64,000 bases of DNA from Nitrosopumilus sp. (GTDB lineage Archaea; Thermoproteota; Nitrososphaeria; Nitrososphaerales; Nitrosopumilaceae), in assembly GCA_965218785.1 (NCBI GenBank), contig OZ244650.1, positions 1,664,001 to 1,728,000 on the forward strand, written 5' to 3'. The position numbers and the translations under genes were made by a program. Within the stretch, counting starts at the first letter, position 1. Every line of letters starts with the position of its first letter. Below are positions 30,765-41,930 of the stretch, piece after piece. A model generated the notes under the pieces. It was not told the DNA's origin and did not search any database. It worked only from the letters and a program-made list of their open reading frames with translations.

Positions 30765-31097
30765 CCCTCATCCTGTAATTACAGCCGGTTTCACAACTGC
30801 ATTTACAAGTTACATTTACTGGAACATAGATCGGATCAATCATAAAATAACAGGAACCACTCCTTTTTTTACGATTGTCTGTCGTTTCTATTCATAAAAT
30901 AACGGCCAGGTTGCTGATCCTCGACTAATTTGCCCCTTATCACTAACTGATTGCTTAACAGACGGACCTGCCTTCAAAATCTGAGACGGTTATCAATCCA
31001 TGGTTGAGTGAACATTTAGATGACAAATATTTTCTGAACATTTTAAATATTAATTTGGGCTATCATTTGAATATCATATGCTGTACCAGGAAGGAGA

Positions 31098-31928
31098 ATG
31101 AAAAACATTCCATATGGGCCGATTCTTGCATCAATTCTTGTTGTATCAGTTTTCGTCATGATTGATTCGACATATGATGCATCAGCATACAAATCTAAAA
31201 AAAACTCATCATTTCTCAAATCTGTAGATACTGCCAAAACCCAATTGAACAAATTCTCCAATTACATTCATTTGCAGCAAGAGTGGAATAGCTACCCCTC
31301 CAATATCATTTTTGATGTGTCTGTTTTTTGGAAGAATGATAACTCTTTACCGCATACAGAATCCTTTGGCGGTGCCAACAACAGAATCAACAACCTGCAG
31401 TATCTGGGAGACAAATCATACGTTGAAGTTCAGTATGACTATCTAGATTGTGACTACCAGTGGATTCATTATATCAGATATGGGTTGGATGTATTAAATT
31501 CCAAGATGGATTACTGGTCAGGAAGGCAGCTGGGTTCTGAATACGATTCTGCATTGTTTGTCAAAATTCCAGGTACTGAGAGTCCTTCACGATCAGATTC
31601 TCCGGTTTTTCTCCAGTTCATCCCATTATGCACATCCAAAGATATGACATCGTTTGAATACGGCATAAGAATTAACGATAAAAATATAGGATTTGACGTG
31701 TATTTTGTCCCGTCAATTCAAGAAAGATTAAATTTTCTTACTGATGAGGGATTTGAATATTACGCCGGCGAGGAATGCTCCGGATTAGGTTATACTAGTT
31801 TTAGCGGAACTTGTACTAATGTGGGACAAGACAGCGGATTGTTAATTGTAATTCCCGACAAATTAGAAAAGCCGCTCACCAAGGTATCTGTAAAGCTCAA
31901 AGAAGTTAAACATGATGACCCAGTCTAA
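31098..31928 (+). CDS. secreted/anchored hypothetical protein
   Basis: N-terminal hydrophobic segment, 276 aa. Confidence 0.7.
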   Translation: MKNIPYGPILASILVVSVFVMIDSTYDASAYKSKKNSSFLKSVDTAKTQLNKFSNYIHLQQEWNSYPSNIIFDVSVFWKNDNSLPHTESFGGANNRINNLQYLGDKSYVEVQYDYLDCDYQWIHYIRYGLDVLNSKMDYWSGRQLGSEYDSALFVKIPGTESPSRSDSPVFLQFIPLCTSKDMTSFEYGIRINDKNIGFDVYFVPSIQERLNFLTDEGFEYYAGEECSGLGYTSFSGTCTNVGQDSGLLIVIPDKLEKPLTKVSVKLKEVKHDDPV

Positions 31929-32215
31929 CTGCCACACCGGTGGGCGCAGTCTATCATATAACAACGGCAGAAGGTGGTTGGAACACCACGATATCCCATT
32001 ATTTTTTTATCATAACGATATCAATGATTAAAGTTTTTTTTACCAACAACACATCTAGCTGGTATGGAAAATGAGATTGAGGATAAAAATCCGAGTTTTG
32101 ATGAACTGGGTATTATAAAAAATTCTGGAAGAAAAACGCACCACGGCTAGATTAAATACTCTACACTCCAAGATTAGCACAATGATGACTTGTATTCATA
32201 AAGGTGGTCATCCTA

Positions 32216-32293
32216 ATGCATGAATTAATAGTTATTTTTGCCCTAGCTGGTTTGGCAGCTTTCATAAGTTTTGTAATGTGGAAAAGACTCTAG
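32216..32293 (+). CDS. putative 25-aa single-TM peptide
   Basis: MHELIVIFALAGLAAFISFVMWKRL*; AGGTGG upstream. Confidence 0.3.
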   Translation: MHELIVIFALAGLAAFISFVMWKRL

Positions 32294-32380
32294 GAATTGA
32301 AAAAATGAGGATTAGTCAACTGAGCACCAAAGTCTCTCCGGAGCACAAGAACTATTATGTAGACTGCCCCAAATTATTTA

Positions 32381-32878
32381 TCATATTTTACAGCAACTTT
32401 TACTTTGCAGTCCTCGTGTAATCCAGTATATGGAGAAAATTAAAACACCTGCCGAAATGAACTTTAATTCCAATCCCAGCATTGGAAATAATGACAATCC
32501 ACCAGCCGCACCCAAAATTACTGCCAAAGGGGCAGTGCATGCAGGACATCCAGGAGTAAATGCCGCAAAGGCTCCCCCCAGCACCGCCGAAGAGTTTGAT
32601 TTTACCGAATTCATCATTTTCATTCGCTTTATCTTAAACGCCATTAACGCAAAATTGATTCCAGCCAGGGCCGAAATTCCCAGGGTTAATGCTATTGATG
32701 CGGCAACATAAGATGAATAAACCTCGATTATATGATCAAAGTGGATAGGAAGCATCGACATTGTCAAAAAATAATATATTATTCCCAATCCCACCCCGCT
32801 GATTATTGCAATTGTGGCATATCTTTTCATGCTCAATACGTCTGAAATTAACTGTAATTTGCTCTGCAAGTATAGCAT
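32381..32878 (-). CDS. membrane protein with GCPAC motif (metal transport/redox-like)
   Basis: Four TM segments, PGCPAC and C-terminal SCC. Confidence 0.75.
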   Translation of the reverse strand: MLYLQSKLQLISDVLSMKRYATIAIISGVGLGIIYYFLTMSMLPIHFDHIIEVYSSYVAASIALTLGISALAGINFALMAFKIKRMKMMNSVKSNSSAVLGGAFAAFTPGCPACTAPLAVILGAAGGLSLFPMLGLELKFISAGVLIFSIYWITRGLQSKSCCKI

Positions 32879-32950
32879 ATTTGTATCTCATCATATTTTA
32901 ACTATCATTTGTCAATCAACGATTATTAGCCTGAGATTCACAACATAACT

Positions 32951-33202
32951 ATGACAGAATTCTCCCCGGATGAAAAAACCATTCTTGTTCAATACGGAAT
33001 TCAGAAATATGAAAATGAAGAAACCGTTATTGAAAAATTAAAGGCCGTCTTATCAGAAAAGGATATTCAGCAAAATATTGATACGTTGATTGGAACCCAG
33101 AGAGTCAGGCGCATAGGACCTGAAATTCTTCAAAACAATGAAAGTCACACCGAATTACCGGAATTGCCTGAAAATCTTGAACCGATAATTGAGAATCTCT
33201 AG
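32951..33202 (+). CDS. hypothetical protein
   Basis: 83-aa ORF with host-like composition. Confidence 0.7.
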   Translation: MTEFSPDEKTILVQYGIQKYENEETVIEKLKAVLSEKDIQQNIDTLIGTQRVRRIGPEILQNNESHTELPELPENLEPIIENL

Positions 33203-33346
33203 TTCCCCAAACGTGCCCTTGAGGAGGCACAATCAAGTGCTCCAGCTGCGAGTCTGGCTTGATTTTCACGTCATTTTTGCCGTATCTGGGACGTTTTGGA
33301 GGGACTAGTGATAAATTTTTAAATTACCACCGACCTAATTTTTGAT

Positions 33347-33799
33347 ATGAACAAACTTGTCTTATTTTCAGGGATTCTAACATTAGCAGTTATCTTGTCA
33401 TTTTCTTTAGATCCCGTGTTTGCTCATCCACACATAGGTCAAATTATGATTGACCGCCATGCTCATGAATCACAAACTCAAATCATTCCGATAAATGAAA
33501 CGATGGGGATTGAAAAATCAACTGTTCTCTTTCATGCCTCCCAAACAAACACGTTACCTTGGGGATTTGTTGAAGGAACAGTTGCAAATCATGTCGAGGG
33601 CTATCCCGTAATTATACAAATTTTCAAAAATAACGACGCAGTACATTTTGCACAGACTAGCACGGATGCAGACGGCATCTACGAGTACAAATTCCAGGCA
33701 ACAAGCTCCAATAATATGCACGCATCTAAAGTCTTTGAGGGGGACTATACAGTTAAGATCTTCAAAGTAGTATATTTGAATCAGAATGCTCTGATTTAG
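33347..33799 (+). CDS. secreted protein with His-rich N-terminus
   Basis: Signal peptide ending VFA-HPH; HAH. Confidence 0.75.
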   Translation: MNKLVLFSGILTLAVILSFSLDPVFAHPHIGQIMIDRHAHESQTQIIPINETMGIEKSTVLFHASQTNTLPWGFVEGTVANHVEGYPVIIQIFKNNDAVHFAQTSTDADGIYEYKFQATSSNNMHASKVFEGDYTVKIFKVVYLNQNALI

Positions 33800-34674
33800 A
33801 ATCCTCGTAGTCCCTGGGGACGGATGGTTTCCGGATGTTGTCTCATCCATTCTATCTTATCTAACATCGCCTGTTTGTCTTGTGGAAATGTACCTTTGAT
33901 CGTGTACGCGTTTGAACCATGATTTGCTCTAAATACAATCTCATCTTTGGTTTCTATCTGATTAATCAGACCGGAGAGTTCATCTAATGACTCTTCATCA
34001 TCAATTTTAACGAATTGGCCTTCATATTTGTCGAGAAATTCCTGTTTTATTCCGTTTTCCAAATAAAGAGTCAAAGCTCCCACGTATTGCGGCGAACATG
34101 CACTAATTACTTTTGCCGTTCCTGTGATGTGTTCCTTGGAATATCTTCTGCCTCCAAGTCCCAGAATTACCATACATGACATGAGATAACCTGCCTGTTT
34201 TGCCTTGTTGACTGATTTGATGATTGTCTTTGCAATTGCTCCCTTGGTTACTTTTTTTAGAACGATGTCCGAACCACTTTCAATTCCCAGATAAAACATA
34301 TCCAAACCCGCTTCATTCATCTTCTTTAATTCCTCCGGTGTTTTTTGTAGAATGTTCATGGGCATTGCATAACAAGAAATTCTTTCAATCCTTGCAAATT
34401 TTTCTTTGATGTATTTTACAATTTTTATCATGTATTCTGAATCAAGATTTAATGCATCACCGTCTGCAAGAAATACCCTTCTGGTATCAGGCAAATAATT
34501 TGCCATCATATCAATCTCGGCTTTTATTTCATCCCATGATCTTTCAGAATATTCTTTTGATCTATACATATCACAAAAAGAACATTCGTTAAATGAACAG
34601 CCCAGTGTGACCTGAAAGATCAGTGATCTTGCTTCAGATGGAGGCCTATACAGGGGTGAGTCATAATTTAACAT
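33796..34674 (-). CDS. radical SAM protein
   Basis: YRPPSEA, CSFNECSFC (CxxxCxxC), FLADGD and GIESG motifs. Confidence 0.92.
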   Translation of the reverse strand: MLNYDSPLYRPPSEARSLIFQVTLGCSFNECSFCDMYRSKEYSERSWDEIKAEIDMMANYLPDTRRVFLADGDALNLDSEYMIKIVKYIKEKFARIERISCYAMPMNILQKTPEELKKMNEAGLDMFYLGIESGSDIVLKKVTKGAIAKTIIKSVNKAKQAGYLMSCMVILGLGGRRYSKEHITGTAKVISACSPQYVGALTLYLENGIKQEFLDKYEGQFVKIDDEESLDELSGLINQIETKDEIVFRANHGSNAYTIKGTFPQDKQAMLDKIEWMRQHPETIRPQGLRGF

Positions 34675-34753
34675 GTTCTATTTCAAAGAAATTTGCCTGC
34701 AGTGTTTTTTATACTTTCTATTTTGATTCAATCCCAAAATACCTTTTAGTAGT

Positions 34754-35071
34754 ATGATGAAGGTTTTTTCATTACTCATGGCAGATGATCCCGATACAAA
34801 AAAACTGCTTTGGTTTGTGTTTGCAGGCTCACGAGGGGGGCCAAATCGGTTAAAAATCATCTCAAAATTAAAGGGAAGTCCACTAAACACCAATCAGTTA
34901 GCAAATGAATTAGGACTAGATTACAAGGCCGTTCAGCATCACATTAGAGTACTTGAAAAAAACAACATGATAACCAAGGTCGGGGAAAAGTATGGCATAG
35001 CCTACTTCATATCTCCCTTTCTTGAAGTCAGTATGGAGACGTTTGAAGAGATTGAAGGAAAAATTGGATAA
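34754..35071 (+). CDS. ArsR-like winged-helix regulator
   Basis: GSRGGPNRLKII, NTNQLA..LGLDYKAVQHH. Confidence 0.88.
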   Translation: MMKVFSLLMADDPDTKKLLWFVFAGSRGGPNRLKIISKLKGSPLNTNQLANELGLDYKAVQHHIRVLEKNNMITKVGEKYGIAYFISPFLEVSMETFEEIEGKIG

Positions 35072-35106
35072 AAGTAAATAAATGCTCAGGCGTTATTTTT
35101 CACTAA

Positions 35107-35391
35107 ATGGAGCCGACTTCGTTAATTTTGTCCATCGTTTCAGTTGCAAACATGGGCATACTTGGAATTCTAATATGCATGTTTGGAAAGATGTATGGCA
35201 ATACTAGGGCGCAGCTTCCGCTAGGCATGATTGTTGTTGCAGCAATGCTGTTTTTGCACAACGTAATTGGCGCTATGGCATATTTTTCAATCGAGGAGAT
35301 TTTCTCACACGACATATTCCCATACATGTTAGGAGTGGGAATTGCCGAACTTGCAGGATTGATCATATTTCTCAAGATCACCTTGGATTAA
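35107..35391 (+). CDS. small 3-TM membrane protein
   Basis: Three hydrophobic segments; follows the ArsR-like regulator. Confidence 0.75.
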   Translation: MEPTSLILSIVSVANMGILGILICMFGKMYGNTRAQLPLGMIVVAAMLFLHNVIGAMAYFSIEEIFSHDIFPYMLGVGIAELAGLIIFLKITLD

Positions 35392-35817
35392 TGCCCCGTA
35401 TCGGACTGGAAGTAATCCAAAAAAAATTCCGTACCTAGAAAAGATCTATGATGTGTGTTCAGGACATTAATACGAGTCTGATAGTCGGCGGCAAATACGT
35501 CACTTGCAAACCGTCCTTGCCTGTTTACGTTGAATTTATAATCCATACTTGCCAGGTAATATCTTTGATTCATTTCTTGGACATTGCTATCCTGGAAAAA
35601 CCCCAAAAGACGTTGGATTAAGAGACGTTTTTAATTTTAATCATAAATAATTTTCGGGAGATAACTTAGCATTGATGGATATTGTGGTAGCGTCACATGG
35701 AACCGGGGAATCAATGCCACCCTGCCACATGTTCTTTAATATGTTAAAACCCAGAATCCCAAAGATGACACAGAATGATTAATCTTAGTTTAATTGTAAC
35801 AGAAAATTATCAAAAAC

Positions 35818-36261
35818 ATGTTAGAGGAGTATTTTAAACTAAACAAAAACGTTCTAATCGCAATCACAGCATCAATTATCGTTTCTGCAGTAATTGCCCA
35901 GTCACTTTCTGGACAGGAAGATTACCTGAATACGACTTATACCACAGTTGCAGATTATGCAGTTTATCTTTCAGTCTTTAGTTTCTTATTTTATCTTGAT
36001 AACAGAAAGAAATACCATACGGAATCCGGCGGCACGGATACCCAAAAACTAAAGCACGATCTAAAAAAATTGATTGCCTCGCTTGGAATTGCCGAAGTCG
36101 TTTATAGCGCTGTCAGATGGGGTTTACAGTACTATTTTCTGACAATAAGCTACGAACCATATATGGCATCAATCGTATCACAGATTATATCCATAATTAT
36201 TTACATGGTGGTACTAAATCTAAGTGTAAAGATAACAAGGTTGTATAAAGATGGGAATTAG
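35818..36261 (+). CDS. 4-TM membrane protein (GtrA-like topology)
   Basis: Four hydrophobic segments; overlaps the RNase H start. Confidence 0.7.
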   Translation: MLEEYFKLNKNVLIAITASIIVSAVIAQSLSGQEDYLNTTYTTVADYAVYLSVFSFLFYLDNRKKYHTESGGTDTQKLKHDLKKLIASLGIAEVVYSAVRWGLQYYFLTISYEPYMASIVSQIISIIIYMVVLNLSVKITRLYKDGN

Positions 36262-36607
36262 CGTTTATGTTGATGGGTCCGGAGGAAGTAACAGCGGTTA
36301 TGGATTCTTTGTAAAAGAGACGGGGGAGTCATTTTATGAGAAGAAATCGGATATAACCAACAATCAAGCAGAATACCTGGCAATAATTTCTGCATTAAAC
36401 AAGCATGTCGGTTCAAAAGAGGAAATCACGATTTATAGCGATTCTAAAAATACTGTCAACCAGCTAAACCATGAATTTGCGATTAACAATGAACGGCTCC
36501 GGGAACTGGCACGGGAGGCATGGCGTCTTGTGGGAAAATTTTCTAATCTCACAATTGTATGGATTCCCAGAAATGAAAATCTCGCAGGAAAGATGCTAGG
36601 AAGCTAA
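36251..36607 (+). CDS. rnhA: ribonuclease HI family protein
   Basis: VYVDGS, TNNQAEY, SDS and WIPRNEN motifs. Confidence 0.88.
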   Translation: MGISVYVDGSGGSNSGYGFFVKETGESFYEKKSDITNNQAEYLAIISALNKHVGSKEEITIYSDSKNTVNQLNHEFAINNERLRELAREAWRLVGKFSNLTIVWIPRNENLAGKMLGS

Positions 36608-36669
36608 AATCATAGATCAGGAATTTCTATGAATAACTTTATTATACAAAATCCCCAGAATCAACCTGT

Positions 36670-38766
36670 ATGACAGAATCTGTCGTTTTATCACCAAAAT
36701 CAATTGCAGTCATTGGCGCATCTGACAAGCGTGGAAGTGTCGGCGCCACCATTACATCAAATATTATGAACGGTTTTAAGGGAACCGTCTATCCAATTAG
36801 TCCGTCAAGGGATACGGTCTTTTACAAAAAGGCATACAAGAGTGTCTTGGATGTTCCAAAATCAATCGACCTTGCAGTTATTGTTATCAAAAACGTACTA
36901 GTCGCATCAGTGTTAGAAGAATGTGGAAGGAAGAAAATCAAAGGCGTCATTATCATTACTGCAGGATTTAAGGAGGTAGATGAGGAGGGTGCAAAACGCG
37001 AACAACAGCTCAAGGATATAGCAGAAAAATACAAAATCCAGGTTATCGGGCCAAATTGTCTTGGCGTCATGAATCTTGATCCAAAGACGATGATGAATTC
37101 CACATTTCTTAAAATTACGCCAAAATCCGGAAAAATCGCACTTTTATCTCAGAGTGGTGCAATATGTGCCGCACTAGTTGAGGATGCCAGTGCCCAGGGA
37201 ATAGGTTTCTCTGCAGTAGTAAGTCTTGGAAACAAGGCAGTGATGAGTGAGGTTGATGTTCTGCGGATTCTTGCAAATCATAAACAAACGGAAGTTATTG
37301 TAATGTATCTCGAAGACATGGGTAATGGCCAGGAATTTCTCAAGGTATGTAAAAATATTACCAAGAAACTCAGAAAGCCGGTTCTTGTTCTAAAGTCAGG
37401 ACGCAGTCCTGAAGGTGCAAAAGCTGCAATGTCGCATACCGGAGCTTTGATGGGCTCAGATGAGATCTATGAGGCCTTACTAAAACAGTCAGGTGCAATC
37501 AGAGTTGACACCATGGAGGAACTCTTTGATTATGCAACGGCATTTTCAAAACAGCCGCTTCCGTCTGTTGGCGATCTTGTAATCGTCTCAAATGCGGGGG
37601 GTCCTGCCATTATCTCAACTGATGCATGCTCCAAAGCCAAAATCAAGATGGCAGACATCACAAGCATCAGAAAAAAAATTGATGAGGTAATTCCGCCATG
37701 GGGAAGCTCCCGAAACCCTGTTGACATTGTAGGTGATGCGGATTTTAACAGATTCCACAATGTCTTAGATCGTGTACTCAAACATCCAAAGGTCGGCTCT
37801 GTTATCTCGATGTGTACTCCCTCCGGAACACTAGATTATGACAAGCTGGCAGAAGTCATCGTTGAAATGTCAAAAAAGTACAAAAAAACAATGCTTGCAA
37901 GTTTGATGGGACTAGATGAGGGAATAACTAATCGGGAAATTTTAGCTGAAGGAAACGTTCCGTACTACACATATGCAGAAGGTGCGATTAGAACTCTTGC
38001 AGCAATGATCAGATTTTCCAATTGGATCAAGGCTCCAACTGGAAAGATTACAAAATTCAAAGTAAACAAGGCAAGGGCAGAGCAAATCTTTGAAAAGGCA
38101 AAAAAGGAGAAGAGGTCAAATCTTCTAGAGGAGGAAGGACAGGAAGTTCTCAAGGCATACGGTCTGCCGCTTCCATCAAGTGCACTTGCAAAAAACGAGG
38201 CAGAATCTGTAAAAATTGCAAGGAAGATCGGATATCCGGTCGTAATGAAGATTGCATCACCACAAATAATTCACAAATCAGATGCAGGCGGTGTCAAGGT
38301 AAACTTGACAAATGATTCTGAGATTAGAGATGCATTCAAAACAATTATCAAAAATGCCAAGAAATACAACAAAAAGGCCGAGATCAAAGGTGTTTTGATT
38401 GTAGAGATGGTAAAAGGCGGCAAGGAGTTAATCATCGGCTCAAAACTCGAGCCAGGATTCGGTCCGGTAATCATGCTTGGAATGGGGGGAATCTATGTGG
38501 AGGTTCTCAAGGATGTTACATTCAAGCTTGCCCCGGTAACTGATATAGAGTCCGATGATATGATTGCCTCAATTAAAACCCAGAAACTACTTCAGGGGGT
38601 AAGGGGTGAAAAACCATCAGATACGGCAAAACTTTCGGAATGCATTCAAAGATTATCTCAGCTGGTATCTGACTTTGGAGAGATCAAAGAACTGGATATG
38701 AATCCGGTACTAGTTATGGAAAAGGGCAAAGGCTGTCGTATTTTAGATGTACGCATAGGTCTCTGA
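36670..38766 (+). CDS. ADP-forming acyl-CoA synthetase, likely 4-hydroxybutyrate-CoA ligase (HP/HB cycle)
   Basis: AVIGAS, GPNCLG, SQSGA, SHTG, SNAGG, NPVD and ATP-grasp HKSDAGGV; adjacent to the 4-HB-CoA dehydratase. Confidence 0.88.
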   Translation: MTESVVLSPKSIAVIGASDKRGSVGATITSNIMNGFKGTVYPISPSRDTVFYKKAYKSVLDVPKSIDLAVIVIKNVLVASVLEECGRKKIKGVIIITAGFKEVDEEGAKREQQLKDIAEKYKIQVIGPNCLGVMNLDPKTMMNSTFLKITPKSGKIALLSQSGAICAALVEDASAQGIGFSAVVSLGNKAVMSEVDVLRILANHKQTEVIVMYLEDMGNGQEFLKVCKNITKKLRKPVLVLKSGRSPEGAKAAMSHTGALMGSDEIYEALLKQSGAIRVDTMEELFDYATAFSKQPLPSVGDLVIVSNAGGPAIISTDACSKAKIKMADITSIRKKIDEVIPPWGSSRNPVDIVGDADFNRFHNVLDRVLKHPKVGSVISMCTPSGTLDYDKLAEVIVEMSKKYKKTMLASLMGLDEGITNREILAEGNVPYYTYAEGAIRTLAAMIRFSNWIKAPTGKITKFKVNKARAEQIFEKAKKEKRSNLLEEEGQEVLKAYGLPLPSSALAKNEAESVKIARKIGYPVVMKIASPQIIHKSDAGGVKVNLTNDSEIRDAFKTIIKNAKKYNKKAEIKGVLIVEMVKGGKELIIGSKLEPGFGPVIMLGMGGIYVEVLKDVTFKLAPVTDIESDDMIASIKTQKLLQGVRGEKPSDTAKLSECIQRLSQLVSDFGEIKELDMNPVLVMEKGKGCRILDVRIGL

Positions 38767-38841
38767 TCGCAGTTTATTCCTGAATCTGAGTGCGCCATAT
38801 TTAGAATATTTATACAGCATGGGAGTTATGATTATTGTCAC

Positions 38842-40368
38842 ATGGCCAATGTCTTAAAGACGATTAGAACGGGTGAGGATTATATTGAGAGTCTTAGGGG
38901 AAGGGATCTCAAAATTTACCTGTTTGGCGAATTGGTAAAAGAGCCAGTAGACCATCCAATGATTAGGCCATCCATTAATGCGGTTGCAGAAACCTATGAC
39001 CTGGCAGTACGCCATGAGGCACTTGCATCAGCTGATTCATCAATTACAGGATTGAGGGTTAACCGATTTTTACATATTGCCGAAAGTGCAGAAGATCTAG
39101 TTTTACAAAATAAAATGCAGAGAACGCTGGGACAAAACACCGGAACATGTTTCCAAAGATGTGTTGGAATGGACGCGTTGAATTCCCTGCACTCTACAAC
39201 ATTTGAAATAGATGAAAAACATGGAACCGACTATCATAAACGATTCTTGGAATTTGTAAAGATGGTGCAGCAAGAAAACCTCGTCATTGGTGGCGCAATG
39301 ACTGATCCCAAGGGCGATAGAAGCAAAGGACCAGCAGAGCAAGATGATCCTGATTTGTTTACAAGAATAGTAGAAGAGGATGAAAAAGGGATCTATGTGT
39401 CCGGTGCCAAGGCACATCAAACCGGATGTATCAACTCACACTGGATAATCCTGATGCCGACAGTACGATTGACTGAAAATGACAAAGGTTGGGCAGTTGT
39501 TGGCGCCATTCCGGCCGATGCAAAAGGAGTCACTTACATCTACGGCAGACAATCATGTGACACTAGGAGTATGGAAGAGGGGGACATCGATGATGGCAAT
39601 GCAAAATATGGCGGACAAGAAGCATTGATGATTTTGGATAGGGTGTTTATTCCATGGGACAAGGTTTTCATGCACGGGGAATATGAATTTGCATCCATGC
39701 TTATAGAGAGATTTACCTGTTATCACAGACGTAGTTATGTATGCAAGACAGGGCTTGGTGATGTATTGATTGGAGCTGCGGCAACAATTGCAGATTATAA
39801 TGGAGTGCCCAAAGTATCGCACATCAAGGACAAGATTATAGAGATGACTCATCTTAATGAGACAATATTTGCAGCGGGAATTGCATCCTCATATCAAGGA
39901 CATAAAATGAAATCCGGTGTATATTTGAACGAGGACATGCTAGCACAGGTCTGCAAACATAATGTTACTAGGATGCCATATGAGATTGCCAGGCTTGCAC
40001 AAGACATTGCAGGGGGACTAGTAGTAACCCTTCCATCTGAAAAAGACTTTAGACATCCGGAGGCAGGTCCACTACTCAAAAAATTCCTTAAAGGAAGAAA
40101 AGGCGTCGATGTTGAAAATAGAATGCGGATATTAAGATTGATTGAAAATATGACACTTGGCAGAAATGCAGTAGGCTATCTTACAGAATCCATGCACGGG
40201 GCAGGCTCACCCCAAGCCCAAAGAATTCAGATTCAAAGACAGATGCAAGTAGGCTACAAAAAGAATCTGGCAAAAAAACTGGCAGGCATTACAAATGATA
40301 TTGAAGAGCCATCAGAACCTTCGGACTATTTTAAGCGTATATTCAAAACAAAAGATTCCGTATTATAA
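38842..40368 (+). CDS. hcd: 4-hydroxybutyryl-CoA dehydratase
   Basis: GTCFQRCVG, AMTDPKGDRS, HRRSYVCKTG and ESMHGAGSPQAQR motifs. Confidence 0.95.
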   Translation: MANVLKTIRTGEDYIESLRGRDLKIYLFGELVKEPVDHPMIRPSINAVAETYDLAVRHEALASADSSITGLRVNRFLHIAESAEDLVLQNKMQRTLGQNTGTCFQRCVGMDALNSLHSTTFEIDEKHGTDYHKRFLEFVKMVQQENLVIGGAMTDPKGDRSKGPAEQDDPDLFTRIVEEDEKGIYVSGAKAHQTGCINSHWIILMPTVRLTENDKGWAVVGAIPADAKGVTYIYGRQSCDTRSMEEGDIDDGNAKYGGQEALMILDRVFIPWDKVFMHGEYEFASMLIERFTCYHRRSYVCKTGLGDVLIGAAATIADYNGVPKVSHIKDKIIEMTHLNETIFAAGIASSYQGHKMKSGVYLNEDMLAQVCKHNVTRMPYEIARLAQDIAGGLVVTLPSEKDFRHPEAGPLLKKFLKGRKGVDVENRMRILRLIENMTLGRNAVGYLTESMHGAGSPQAQRIQIQRQMQVGYKKNLAKKLAGITNDIEEPSEPSDYFKRIFKTKDSVL

Positions 40369-40415
40369 TCTTAATTTTAGTAATCTATTTTTAGCCTAGT
40401 TGGTGGGAATAAGCC

Positions 40416-41807
40416 TTGGGTCAAATAACTACAGTGAATCCCTCAACCGGAGTGGAACTAGCGCATTATACGACGATGGATAAAGATCAGGTATTCCAAT
40501 TAGTAAATAAAGCAAAAAGGGCATTTCCCGAATGGAAAAAAGATTATGAACAGCGTAAGAGTTACATTTACAATCTAGTGGAATATCTAAGAAAGAACAA
40601 AACACGTCTTGCAAAAATTGCAACCTCCGAAATGGGAAAAGTACTCAAAGAATCAATTGGTGAGATTGAAAAATGTGCCTGGGTCATGGAATTTTATGCG
40701 GATCATGGGGATAGCTATCTTTCTGATGAAGTATTAAACACGGATGCAAGAAAAAGCTTCCTTACCTTTGAACCGCTAGGAGTTATTGGCTCTATCATGC
40801 CCTGGAATTTTCCTTTCTGGCAATCATTAAGATTTGCCGCACCATGTTTGATGGCAGGCAATGTCATAGTCATGAAACCATCCAGAATAACCATGCAGTC
40901 AGGAATAGAAATTGAAAAAGCGTTTGTAGAATCAGAAGTGCCTGATGGCGTATTTCAAACCGTGGTTGGAAGTGTAGAGTCTGCCAATCATCTAATTGAT
41001 TCAAAAATAAACGCAGTTACGTTTACCGGAAGTACTAATGCGGGTGCAAAGGTGGGTCAAAGAGCCGCAATGAATTTGAAAAAATGTGTTTTAGAATTAG
41101 GAGGCAGTGATCCCTTTATAGTATTAGATGATGCAATTATTGAAAAGGCAGCAGACGGCGCCGTCAAAGGCAGGTTCATCAACTGCGGTCAAAGTTGTGT
41201 AGCTTCAAAGAGGTTCTTTGTTGGAAAAAACATCGCCGAGGATTTTATTGAACAATTCATCAAAAAAACATCTCAGTTAAAAGTTGGAGATCCTACATCA
41301 ATGGAGACGGATATCGGTCCCCTGGCTAGTAGGGAGGGTCTTGAAACAATTTCAGGAATAGTCGAAGATGCAAAACAAAAAGGGGCTGAAATTCTTTTGG
41401 GCGGTTCAAAAATTGATGGAGACGGCTATTTTTATCAACCCACTATTCTTACCAATGTCAAGCCCGACATGAGAATTGCAAGTGAGGAAACTTTTGGTCC
41501 TGTCGCACCAATCACCGTAGTTGAGGATGAAAGGGAGGCAGTCAGGCTAGCAAACGATATTGAGTTTGGATTAGGAGCTAGCATATGGACAAGAGATCTT
41601 GCAAAGGCAGACAAGATGTCAAGAAGAATAGAATCAGGCATTGTTAGTGTAAATAATGTGGTTTTATCTGATCCGCGAATACCATTTGGAGGAATAAAAC
41701 ACAGTGGATTTGGAAGGGAATTATCAAGATATGGGATGCTTGAATTTGTAAATATAAAGTCCGTCAGATTTTATGAAAATCTAACTCATCATCATTATGT
41801 TGAATAA
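40416..41807 (+). CDS. NAD(P)-dependent aldehyde dehydrogenase (succinate-semialdehyde dehydrogenase-like)
   Basis: MPWNFP, FTGS, LELGGSDP, GQSC, EETFGP and PFGGIKHSG motifs. Confidence 0.9.
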   Translation: MGQITTVNPSTGVELAHYTTMDKDQVFQLVNKAKRAFPEWKKDYEQRKSYIYNLVEYLRKNKTRLAKIATSEMGKVLKESIGEIEKCAWVMEFYADHGDSYLSDEVLNTDARKSFLTFEPLGVIGSIMPWNFPFWQSLRFAAPCLMAGNVIVMKPSRITMQSGIEIEKAFVESEVPDGVFQTVVGSVESANHLIDSKINAVTFTGSTNAGAKVGQRAAMNLKKCVLELGGSDPFIVLDDAIIEKAADGAVKGRFINCGQSCVASKRFFVGKNIAEDFIEQFIKKTSQLKVGDPTSMETDIGPLASREGLETISGIVEDAKQKGAEILLGGSKIDGDGYFYQPTILTNVKPDMRIASEETFGPVAPITVVEDEREAVRLANDIEFGLGASIWTRDLAKADKMSRRIESGIVSVNNVVLSDPRIPFGGIKHSGFGRELSRYGMLEFVNIKSVRFYENLTHHHYVE

Positions 41808-41930
41808 ATGATTCATTCTAATTATTTGCAAGATTCCAAGCATCTTTGTAGTTTTTCCAGCTAGCAGTTCTTTGAAGATTTTAGCTGGTAAAAGGGGGCG
41901 GCGATGCCGGAGGCTTGAATTTTGACGGAA

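Noticed and set aside
31935-31950. Possible second att copy of the tRNA-Val 3' end (ccggtgggcgca)
   Set aside because: Too short and mismatched to distinguish from chance
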